This document shows positions 1 through 10,654 of a DNA stretch of 64,000 nucleotides, piece after piece (positions within the stretch are counted from its first letter, which is position 1; each line of letters opens with the position of its first letter). A program made the translations under genes and the position numbers. The stretch is from Pristiophorus japonicus (taxonomy: Eukaryota). Under the pieces are notes generated by a model that did no database searches, had not been told where the DNA came from, and saw only the letters and a list, made by a program, of their open reading frames with translations. Location of the stretch: NCBI RefSeq assembly GCF_044704955.1, contig NC_091995.1:9300001-9364000 (forward strand). Direction: 5' to 3'.

Positions 1-590
1 TGCCACACTCAGTCAAATGCTGCCTTGATGTCAAGGGCAGTCACTCTCACCTCACCTTTGGAATTCAGCTCTTTTGTCCATGTTTGGACCAAGGCTATAA
101 TGGATGTTTGGAGCAGAGTAGCCCTGGAGGAATGCAAACTGGGCATCAACGAGCAGGTTATTGGTGAGTAAATGCCATTTGATAGCACAGTCGATGGCAT
201 CTTACTTCACTTTGCTGATGATTAAGAGTAGACTGATGGGGTGGTAATTGGCTGGATTGGATTTGTGCTGCTTTTTGTGGACAGGACATACCTGGGCAGT
301 TTTCCACATTGTCGTGTACTGTATCACTGCACAGCTAGTTCTAGAGCACAAGTCTTCAGCACAACAGCCAGAATGTTGTCAGGGCCCATAGCCTTTGCTG
401 TACCCAGTGCGCTCAGCCGTTTCTTGATATCACATGGAGTGAATCGAATAGGCTTAAAACTGGCTTCTATGATAGTGGGCACCTCAGGAGGAGGCCGATA
501 TGGATCATCTACTCGGCACTTCTGGCTGAAGATGGTTGTAAACGATTCAGCCTTGTCTGTTCACTTGCGTGCTGGGCTCCACCATCATTA
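1..590 (-). mobile_element. CR1/L2-group (Crack/Daphne-like) LINE RT fragment
   Basis: ORF 9-200 LVQTWTKELNSKGEVRVTALDIKAAFD (RT motif); same family as 6990-8895; clade assignment tentative. Confidence 0.75.
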
Positions 591-1189
591 AGACATAGAA
601 ATTTACAGCACAGGAAAAGACTGTTTAGCCCAACCCTTCTGTGCTGGAGTTTGTGCTCCACACTAGGCTCCTCTCATCCTATCAGTATAACTTTCTGTTC
701 CTTTCTCCCTCCTATGTTTATCCAGCTTCCCCTTAACTGCATCTGTGCTATTCACCTCAACCACGTGGTAATGAGTTTCACATTCTCAGCACTCTCTGGA
801 TAAAGAAGTTTCTCCTGAATTCCTTACTTAGCGGATTTATTGATGACTATATTTGTCTTTCTGAGCAAAACAGTCCCTTAATTAAATTGGTATAGTCAGC
901 ATGTTGTACTGCAGAGTTTAAAAAGAAAAACGTTACAACATTTTGAAAAGGAGCCAATAACTCGTAAGTGGAAATGAAACAGAAACGTCAGTGGCCACAA
1001 AGTGTTCAATTCAGAACACTGTTAATCTGTCTTCAAACTGAACATGTTTCTCAGAATTGTAACCATGGAGGGGAAAAAAAATGTCACTTTGTTACATGGA
1101 AGCTCAATTCTTGTTTCACTTCGAAACCTTGGATTATGAACTTGGTAACAGGAACTTACTTTGTAACTTCATTTAAACATACAAATGAT

Positions 1190-1603
1190 AGAAGGTTGTG
1201 GGTCCAAGTCCCATTCCAGAGACTGGAGCACAAAAATCTAGGCTGATACACCCAGTGCAGTGTTGAGGGAGTGCTGCACTGTCAGAGGTGCCGTTTTTTT
1301 GGATGAGATGTTAGACCGAGGCCCCGTCTGCCCCCTCAGGTGGACGTAAAAGATCCCACAGCAAGATTTTGAAGATTGTTCCCGGTGTCCTGACCAATAT
1401 TTATCCCTCAACCAACATCACTAAAACAGATTATTTGGTCATTGACACATTTCTGTTTGTGGGAGCTCGCTGTACTCAAATTGGCTGCCATGTTTCCTAC
1501 ATTACAAAAGTAATGACTTCAAAAGGTATTTCATTGTCTGCAAAATGCTTTGGGATGTCTGGTGGTCATGAAAGGTGTTATATAAATGCAAGTCTTTCTT
1601 TCA
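1190..1603 (+). mobile_element. tRNA-derived DeuSINE-like SINE (SacSINE1/AmnSINE1-related), 5'-clipped
   Basis: B-box-like GGTCCAAGTCC; central GTTTGTGGGAGCT..AAATTGGCTGCC domain; tail TATAAATGCAAGTCTTTCTT. Confidence 0.8.
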
Positions 1604-2774
1604 TTTGGTAAGATTAAGGCGCAAGGTGGAGATGCAAAGCCTCAGTGAAAGGCTCCCAACCGATTCCTTTTTCCCAGTTTTCCTTCTTCTTTAGCCCCCT
1701 CGCTTGAAGGCACAATCAAACCGGTGCAGGATTCCCCAAGCACCAGCAGTTCCGGTACTTCATGCAATTGGCCAAAGATTGGACAGTATGCGTGCCAGTG
1801 ACCTTCAGTCTGGTATTTTAACCCCTCACCCAGCAAGAATGGCACGTGGGAGGGCTTAACATTTGGAGCTTAATGCTCTGAGCTCCAAGCCACTGTGATC
1901 CCAGCCACTGTAATTTTTACGATGGAGAATCAGGCTACCACTAAAGACAGCCGGGGGCCTACTTAACACTCAAAAGTGACGGCCTGATGATGTCATCAAC
2001 GGCATGACGTAACACAAGAACATAAGAAATAGGCCCCTCGAGCCTGCTCTGCCATTTAATAAGATCATGGCTGATCTGATCGTGGCCTCAACTCCACTTT
2101 AAGTCAGGGGATGGGGTGGAATCCCACACTATCTGTAGCCCAGCAGCAGAACTACGGCAGGAGGAACCGACTGGCCAGAAGAGGCCATGGTAAATCTTTT
2201 AAAATTACTTTAATCAGAACTTCTTGTGGGCCAGGAGGAGCAGAAGTGCTTCCCCCACCCCTAGGCCCCACGTGGAGTTGCTGTGCCTCCCCAAACTAGG
2301 TCCACCTCACCCTGCCCTGCCCCGCCCCCCCCAAAATCGCCTTCAACATTTGCATTTACTGGCAGTCCCCATGGGTCCACGGCTGCGGACTCCTGCTGAT
2401 AAATTTCCACTCCTGCACACCCAGGCAGTGAATCTGGTCGGGTGTCGTGCGTGACTGCGGAAACTTATATTTAAACAAGGCCTTGGACCGCCACATTCTG
2501 AACTGTCCGGGTGCTCCACCCGCCTTGGGGCTCACGTGCACTCTTCCCTCCCACTAATGCTTCTAAAATCGGGCTCTTGCTATTTAACAGTGCAAGCCAT
2601 TACAGCTGAGCTCCAACCTGCTCCCGCGCAGTATTCACATGCATACTTTTTGCAGTGATCAGTGGACACCAATGAGGAGCAGGAACACTGTCAAATCCGC
2701 CCCCCCACCCCAAGCAAACAATGCATTACTTTGAAATGCAAGTATTTAGTATATAACTATTTTAGTAAAACTAT

Positions 2775-2900
2775 AAATCAATATTAAACAAATCAAATTA
2801 AAATTTGGTTGCCAGGAGTGATGATGCACTCTCATCCCTCCGGCGCCCACCTCTCGTGGAAGGCTGCGTGCGTACCAGTGAGCACTGCGTGCTCCATCAA
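2775..2900 (-). mobile_element. Tx1/L1-clade LINE 3' fragment
   Basis: Minus strand reads MEHAVLTGTHAAFHERWAPEG..CIITPGNQILI followed by a T-rich 3' end, resembling Tx1-type ORF2 termini. Confidence 0.5.
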
Positions 2901-3004
2901 CAGGGAATCCTTGAATTCAACGGGGTGTGAAATTGATCTGGGACAGTATGACAAAATGGGTGACAGCAAATCAGCTGCCCGAATTACATCCCACCCTATC
3001 TTCA

Positions 3005-3432
3005 CAGAAAATTACGACACAGGAGGCCATTCGGCCCATCGTGTCCGTGCTGGTTGAGAGTTACCCAGACTAATCCCACCTTCCAGCTCTTGGTCCGTAG
3101 CCCTATAGGTTACGGCACTTTAAATGCACATCCAAGTACCTTTTAAATGTGATGAGGGTTTCTGCCTCTACCACCCTTTCAGGCAGTGAGTTCCAGACCC
3201 CCACCACTCTCTGGATGAAGAAATGTTTCCTCATCTCTCCGCTAATCCGCCTACCAACTATTTTAAATGCCTGGTTATTGACCCCTGTGCTAAGGGAAAT
3301 AGGTCCTTCCTATCCACTCTATCTAATTTTATACACTTCAATTAAATCTCCCCTCAGCCTCCTCTGTTCCAAGGAAAACAACCCCAGCTTATCCAGTCTT
3401 TCCTCATAGTTAACATTTTCTAGTCCTGGCAA
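3005..3432 (-). mobile_element. CR1 3' fragment
   Basis: GGAGGCCATTCGGCCCATC 3' hairpin region and degenerate ORF2 end. Confidence 0.8.
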
Positions 3433-4329
3433 TTTCTATTTATGTCAACAGAAAGTATTGGGTGGGGTGTAAAAGGGGCTGCCTTTTCACTGTCGCCTGT
3501 TTTGTCCAACTGCCCAATAAGATCATGGCTGATCTTCGACCTCAACTACATCTTTCTTCACTATCCTCATATCGCTTGATCCCCTTAATATCCCTGATTC
3601 CCTGACTATGTCAGCTTTTAAGAATAGGTTAGTTCAGTGGTTAAAGGAAAGGGGAATGCAGGAATATGGGAACAGGGCAGGAACGTGGCATTAGGAGTCC
3701 AACTCATGTGGAGGATAAAGACCAACATGGGCTGAATGGCCTGTAATTTCAATTTATTCCTTTGAGGGGCATGTGGACTGTCTAACTCATTTCTCCCTAT
3801 GGTATTTCTGACTTAACTATGTCTCCCTTATGTCATGTGCAGGATAAATTCAACACCAAATTATATTTTATATACATAACACACTGAAAAAATGGTTTGC
3901 TCCACTTGATCTGGTTAAGCATGCAGAACTCAACCAAATGTCTTGCTCTGCAAAACAGGTAAAAGGTAACATTCTATTAAATATATGATTAGAGGGCTCA
4001 TTTCACTCCTCTCTAAAAAGGTTAATGATTGATTGGAGCTTCCAAACCAGGCGGAATCTGAAACATGAAATAACAATATCATGTTCATGATCTCTCTCTT
4101 GAAGAAGAACTATGCGCGCTTGTCTCAATCATTACTGGGCTAGCCCTTTCTTCCCAGCAATGGAACTAAAGGCAAACCACAAATTCCGTAGCCAACTGTC
4201 GTGAAAACATAGGCATGAGAAAGAGAATAAGACAAAGGGGGCCGGGGGTGGGGGGGGGGGGGAGAAAGAGAGAGAGAAAAAAATAAGAGGAATGGTAAGA
4301 AGCAAAAAGGTGAGTACAAGAGGGAATTA

Positions 4330-4625
4330 TGAAGGGTTTAGATAATTAGATAGGGAGAAACTGTTCACATTGGCAGGAGGATATGTAGCCAGAGGACACC
4401 AATTTAAGATAATTGGCAAAAGAACCAGAGGAGAGAGGAGATTTTGTTTTTTATGCAGTAAGAATGATTTGGAATGCACTGCCTGAAGGGCAGATTCAAT
4501 AGTAACTTTCAAATTGGAACTGGAGAAGTACTTGAAAGGAAAAAATTGCAGATCTACAGGGGAAAGAGCAGGGAGAGTGGGACTAATTGAATAGCTCTAC
4601 CAAAGAGCTGGCACAGGCATGATGG
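4330..4625 (+). mobile_element. Old CR1 3' fragment
   Basis: Degenerate ORF2 end (KIMKG.D..EKLF..TRGH) and 3' UTR. Confidence 0.7.
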
Positions 4626-5174
4626 AGCTGCAAGATGCTATGAGATAGAAAAGGAGGGACAACAGGTAAGAGGGATGAATATTTTAACGGGGCTTCACAT
4701 AGCACTGAAGGGAGCAGCGTCAGTTTTATTTTAGCAACGCAAGCTATTTGTACATTTTCACCAACGCTCATTGTGAAGTTGAGCGAGGTGGAGTTCCAAG
4801 CACTTGCTCAATCAGGCCCATGGAGCATGACTCACTGAGCTTCCGCTGTCAGCATGCTGCTCCCCATCGCTGCCAGATGCAGCATCACAGTCAGGCCTTT
4901 GACAAAATCAGTGATCGAGTGGCCACAACCATGCCACGAAGATTTTGCCAACACTGCTTTGACATATTCCTTGCGGTTCCATCACATGACCACCCAGTCA
5001 AATAGAAGTTTGTCCCCTCCATCTCCAATATTTCGACAGCCAATGAGCAAAATTAAAACAATACCACACAATTGTTTTTTTTTTAAATGCACCCATGATT
5101 TTTTTCCCTCCCAGATGTTGCTCGTAATTCCTGGAGACTCCAGGACAACCCTGGAGGGTTGGTGACCCGACGAT

Positions 5175-5440
5175 CATAGAAACATATCAAATAGGAGCAG
5201 TAGTCGGCCATTCAAGTCATGGCTGATCCTCTATCTCAACACCATATTCCCGCATTTTCCCCACACCCCTTGATGCCTTTTGTTTCTAGAAATCTATCGC
5301 CCTCTTAAATATATTCAGTTACTTGGCCTCCACAGCCTTCTGTGGTAGAGAATTCCACAGGTTCAATACCCTCTGAGTGAAAAAAATTCTCATCTTGGTC
5401 CTAAATTTCCTACCCAGTATCCTGAGACTGTGACCCCTGA
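5175..5440 (-). mobile_element. CR1 3' fragment
   Basis: CATAGAAACATA tail; GGTAGAGAATTCCACAGG CR1 sequence. Confidence 0.75.
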
Positions 5441-5545
5441 GGCAACATACCCTCAGGCGAGGTAGGACGTGTTGGCTCGTGACTGAGAATCTCACACCTG
5501 GGATTTTGCACGATCCTGGCAGCTTTGGCCACAGCCAGGTGGTGT

Positions 5546-6180
5546 CCCGTGTGGCTCAGTGGGTAGCACTCTCACCTTCAGGTCAGAAGGTTGTAGGTTC
5601 AAGTCCCACTCCAGGCATTCAAATCTAGTACTGAGAGAGCACTGCACTGTTGGAGGGGCCATCTTTCACATGCGACATCGAACCGAGCTGCCATCTGGCC
5701 TCTCGGATGGGCGTAAAAGATCCCACGGCACCATTTCGAAGAGCAGGGGGAGTTCTCCTCGGTGCCCTGGCCAATATTTATCCATAAACCAACATCAGTA
5801 AAACAGAAAGACAAAAACAAAATACTGCAGATGCTGGAATCTGAAATAAAAACAGAAAATGCTGGAAATCTCAGCGGGTCAGGCAGTATTTGTGGAGAGA
5901 GAAACCGAGTTAACGTTTCAGGTTGAAGACTCGAACGAAAGGTCATCGACCCAAAACGTTAACTCGGTTTCTCTCTCCACAGATGCTGCCTGATCAGTAA
6001 AACAGATGATCTGGTCATTATCTCATTGCTGTTTGTGAGAGCTTGCTGTGCACAAATTGGCTGCCACGTTTCCCCACATTACAACAGTGGCTACATTTCA
6101 ATAAGTACTTCATTGGCTGTAAAGCGCTTTTGGGACGAACTGAGGTCATGAAAGATGCTGTAAGAATACAAGTTCTTTCT
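5546..6180 (+). mobile_element. DeuSINE-like SINE split by a Penelope fragment
   Basis: A box GTGGCTCAGTGGG, B box GGTTCAAGTCC, central domain and tail. Confidence 0.85.
5808..5992. mobile_element. Penelope-like fold-back fragment inserted in a SINE
   Basis: Inverted arms TCAGGCAG..GTGGAGAGAGAAACCGAGTTAACGTTT / AAACGTTAACTCGGTTTCTCTCTCCAC..CTGCCTGA; 14-bp duplication ATCAGTAAAACAGA (5794-5807 and 5993-6006). Confidence 0.8.
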
Positions 6181-6379
6181 CACAGAGACAGCATCAAATT
6201 CCTGAATTCCTTGAACCATGGTATTATTAGTGGAACCCAGCAAATGAGTGGTGCCTGTTGTACCTTGCATCACCCTGAGTTCCTGGCAACGGTTATCAAT
6301 GCAGGTCGCACCTTCCACCTAAAGACTGCTCTTATCCACCCTTCCCCATCGTTAAAACCAGCCTTAAATGAACACTTAC

Positions 6380-6860
6380 CCCCTTTCATCAGACCATTTC
6401 CTCGAATTTTCACTCAAACTCTTTCTAGGTCCTTCCTTCCTCTCCTCTCCTCCCCTCCCCCCTCCACAACTGAACCACCAACGCTCCGCATTAACATCGC
6501 AACAAACCCCGCCCCCCCACCGCCGTCACCGACGCCCGCTATTGGTGCGTCTGTCCCAGGTGAAGGCGACACCGCGGTGGATTGACGGGCCGAGCCGGCA
6601 CTCGATTGGTTTGCCGCCGCGTCAATCGGCTGACGTCGAGTGCGCCGGGCGTGGTCCGACTCGGATCAAAGAGAAAGAGCGGCTGAGCCGGGCCGAGGGG
6701 GCGTGGCCGCGGGCGCCCTGATTTGCTGGGGAGGGCGGGGATCCCTCCGTGAACGACAGCTCGCCGCGAAAGCTGGTTGGTCTCAGCGGATGTCAGTCAA
6801 GGCGGAGGAGGCGGGGCCCGACCGGCCAACCGTCAGCAACGGTTTTTGCGCGCGCGAGGC
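6380..6860 (-). promoter_or_regulatory. CpG-island promoter and probable non-coding first exon of a gene running out of the left window edge (DDX39B candidate)
   Basis: Dense CpG; ATTGG boxes (~6541, ~6605); CRE-like TGACGTC (~6631); several GC boxes (6647-6817); minus-strand donor GGG|GTAAGT at 6380/6379. Confidence 0.6.
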
Positions 6861-7169
6861 TCAGGGTGAGGGAGTGGGGGGGAAATTTGAAATGGAAAAC
6901 AGAAAATGCCAGAAAACACTCAGAAGGTGGAGGAAGAAATATAGTTATAGTCTCAGGACCACGACCTTTCAACAGAAGTGTGGGCATGATCATTAATTGA
7001 GGATGGAGTCATACCTAGCACAAAGGAAGATGGTTGTGGTGGTTGGAGATCAATCATCACAGCCCCAGGACATTGCTGCAGGAGTTCCTCAGGGCAGAAT
7101 CCAAGGTCCAACCATCTTCAACTGCTTCAACAATGTCCCTCCCTCCATGATAATGTCAGAAGTGGGGAT

Positions 7170-7665
7170 CTGAGGAAGGACATTCTTGCTATTGAGGGAG
7201 TGCAGCGAAGGTTCACCAGACTGATGACATATGAGGAGAGACTGGATCAAATGAGCCTGTATTCACTGGAGTTTAGAAGGATGAGAGGGGATCTCATAGA
7301 AACATATAAAATTCTGACGGGACTGGACAAGTTAGATGCGGGAAGAATGTTCCCGAAGTTGGGTAAGTCCAGAACAGGGGACATAGTCTAAGGATAAGGG
7401 ATAGGCCATTTAGGACCGAGATGAGGAGAAACTTCTTCACTCAGAGAGTTGTTAACCTGTGGAATTCCCTGCCGCAGAGAGTTGTTGAGGCCAGTTCGTT
7501 GGATATATTCAAGAGGGAGTTAGATGTGGCCCTTGCGGCTAAAGGGATCAAGCGGTATGGAGAGAAAGCAGGAAAAGGGTACTGAGGTGAATGATCAGCC
7601 ATGATCTTATTGAATGGTGGTGCAGGCTCGAAGGGTCGAATGGCCTACTCCTGCACCTATTTTCT
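7170..7665 (+). mobile_element. CR1 3' fragment inserted just before the FADD codons of the host LINE
   Basis: CR1 C-terminus and 3' UTR; host GGGGAT|GTTCGCTGATGA is restored on removal. Confidence 0.9.
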
Positions 7666-8335
7666 ATGTTCGCTGATGACTGTACAATATTCAGCTCCGT
7701 CCGCAACTCCTCGGATAATGAAGCAGTCCGTGCCCACATGCAGCAAGACCTGGACGACATTCAAGCTTGGGCTGATAAGTGGCAAGTAACATTCGCGCCA
7801 CACAAGTGACAGGCGATGACCATCTCCAACAAGCGAGAGTCTATCCACCGCCCCTTGACATTCAACGGAATTACCATCGTCGAACTCCCCACCATCAACA
7901 TCCTGGGGGGGTCACCATTGACCAGAAATTGAACTGGACCAGCCACATAAACACTGTGGCTACAAGAGCAGGTCAGAGGCTGGGTATTCAGCGACGAGAG
8001 TCTCACCTCCTGACTCCCTAAATCCTTTCCACAACCTACAAGGCACAAGTCAGGAATGGGATGGATACTCTCCACTTGCCTGGATGAGTGCAGCTCCAAC
8101 AACACTCAAGAGGCTCATCACCATCCAGAACAAAGCAGCCCATTTGATTGGCACCCCTTCCACCACCTTAAACATTCAGTCCCTCCATCACCGGCACACC
8201 GTGGTTGCAGTGTGTACCATCTACAAGATGCAATGCAGCAACTTGCCAAGGCTTCTTTGACAACACTTCCCATATGCGCGACTTCTACCACCTAGAACGA
8301 CGAGGGCAGCAGGCGCATGGGAACACCATCACCTG

Positions 8336-8664
8336 TGATAGAGTATTCAAACAGGCTCATTTAGACAGACTGTGAAAATTCACAGACCCCCAAGTCAAGG
8401 CTGCTACATGCAGTTCGGCATGTTGCATTAACTCATCAATCAACTTGACATTTTCGGACCTTGGGTAGTGAGCCAATAAGGTCAAAGAAGGCAAGTTCTT
8501 TTCTGTAAATTGATCCAGGTATAAAATACAGCCATTTTGACCATGTGTCTCAGTAAGAACAAAGACCTGGCTTGAAGCCAAGAAGTTTGTTACTCTCTGC
8601 CAAGATTAAAAAGTTAAAACTACCATCGGAGTTCGTATTTCATTTGAAATTAAGAGATCTAACA
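8336..8664 (+). mobile_element. Solo LTR (329 bp) of a family not otherwise represented in the window
   Basis: TGATAGA..TCTAACA termini; 5-bp TSD ACCTG (8331-35 and 8665-69); internal TATAAAA (~8520) and ATTAAA (~8605); splits a LINE that resumes cleanly. Confidence 0.8.
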
Positions 8665-9478
8665 ACCTGCAAGTTCTCCTCTAAATCACATACATCCTGA
8701 CTTGGAAATATATCTCCATTCCTTCATCATGGCTGGGTCAAAATCTTGGAATTCCCTCCCTAACAGCACTATGCTAGAACCTTCACCACAAGGTCTGCAG
8801 TGGTTAAAGAAGGCGGCTTACCACCACCTTCTCAAGGGCAATTAAGGATGTGCAATAAATGCTGGCATTTACCAGTGATGCCCACAACCCAGTCTTTTTT
8901 TAATTCATTCCTGGGGAGGGCAGGTGTTGAAGTTGAGGCCTTGGCTGAGGACTGATCCTTTGGGGTCAGAGGGGAGAAGGTCAAAGAGCACAGTATAAAC
9001 ACCCCAAAGCGTGAGATTGCAAGGAGAGATGGGGTCAGGTCAAAGAGAGGGGAAGGAGGAATGTCCAGGGCCTGGTATCTAAGCATCATTGCAAAGCTGG
9101 ATAGCTCTTTTTCGATTGGAGCAGACATGATGAGCCGAACGGCCTCCTCCTGTGCCATAAATTTCTATGACACCCAAAAGAAAAAAAAAGGTTTTCTGTT
9201 AAAATTCTGGATGAAATGGGAACAGAAGACCAGGATGGCACTGCATTGTACAAAAATCAAAGAATTTGCATTTCTATAGCATCTTTCACAACATCAGGAT
9301 GACCCAAAGTGCTTTACAACCAATGAAGTACTTTTACAGTCACTCTTGTCATGTAGGAAACACAACAACAAATCTGCACTCAGCAAGCTCCCACAAACAG
9401 CACTGAGATAGAAATGATCCCGACGCCAGAGGCAAAATACCTGGGGAGGAAGATCACGGCAGTTGGCATTACGGACAC

Positions 9479-9602
9479 GGATGAAAGGTGCGTCCAGACC
9501 ATGGGACGAGAGTGCGTCCAGACCACGAGACGAGAAGGCATCCAGACCACAGGACGAAAGTGCGTCCAGACCACAGGACGAGAGAGCATCCAGACCACGG
9601 GA
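9479..9602. repeat. 24-bp minisatellite, ~5 copies
   Basis: Unit GGACGAGAGTGCGTCCAGACCACR. Confidence 0.9.
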
Positions 9603-10654
9603 GGTCTCTGCAACGGAATGGAGAGATGTGTTGCCCAGCAAGGAAGATGACTGGGTTTGAGGCAAAGGTAAAGGGGTGGCCGGTGAGAAGGCCAGGAACC
9701 CACTATGCTCCAATAAATTGTGTGCACTATGTAACCCTTGTGAGCATTCTTTCGCGCCCAATGATATACCATTATATGGGGTTGGGGGTACCTTACAACA
9801 AGCCAAAGTAGCAGGCGAACATCAACCGGCCATATATGTATCTGACAAAGTACTTGTAACAAGTGATGTGTTATCATTTGTGTTATGGTACTTGTCTATT
9901 TGTGATCAAAAAAGCTTGTTTTGTATTGTATTGCTCAAAGTAAGAGGGTGTTTTTGTTTCAAAATTTTAAACGATAACATTGTACACCAAAAAAATGCAT
10001 GTTTTTTTAAGGCCCATGGGACGCGCGTTAAGTGCATCATTTCGGGGAATTGTTTTTAAAAGTTTCAAATGTTTATTCTGTAAATGTGCCAATGTTGTAC
10101 AGCAAGCCAAAGTAGCGGGCGAACCTCAACCAGTTGTATATGTATCTAACAAAGTATTCGTAGCAAGTGGGATGTTACTGCACGGGGTCGGGAGTGTTGT
10201 GCAGCAAGCAAAAGTAATGGGCGAGCCCCAAACGATTGAACATGCATCCAATAAGTTAAACAAAGGAGTAACCTGTATTCACGGGACTAAAGAGACGTAC
10301 CAAAGAGTGTCCCGATATGTGTTCGAGTCAGACAAGATGCTCATTCCACAAGTTTAGGAGAGCAGAGGCACCATTATCGATGCGTTGTTTCGAGAATGTC
10401 TAACACTGTCTGTGCACTGTAACATGATCCGCCACGGGCCAGGCACTGAGAACGGCACTAATGCCCTCAGTAGGCTACCGTTGCCCACCACCAGGGTGGA
10501 AACAGCACAGCCTGCAGACCCACTCGCGGTTGTGGAAGTGCTAGAAAGTGAGGGATCAACCGTAACAGCCTCCCAGCTTATGACTTGGACCAGCCAGGAT
10601 CCCATGTTACCACCTGCCAAAGGTGAACTGCAAGACGGGATGTAGCAACCTATC

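Larger units (their letters stand above)
6990..8895 (+). mobile_element. CR1/L2-group (Crack/Daphne-like) LINE 3' portion, split by a CR1 (7170-7665) and a solo LTR
   Basis: GVPQG motif at ~7081, MFADDCT resuming at 7666, LDDIQAWADKWQVTF, and a 3' UTR ending GCAATAAATGCTGGC. Confidence 0.85.

Noticed and set aside
1-6379. Intronic snoRNAs of the type hosted by mammalian DDX39B (SNORD84, SNORD117)
   Set aside because: I found no convincing minus-strand C box/D box pair with a terminal stem by eye. An Rfam scan would be needed.
6043-7000. Several 80-180 aa ORFs over the CpG island
   Set aside because: Low-complexity Pro/Arg/Gly-rich frames expected in GC-rich DNA, partly SINE-derived, with no recognisable domain.
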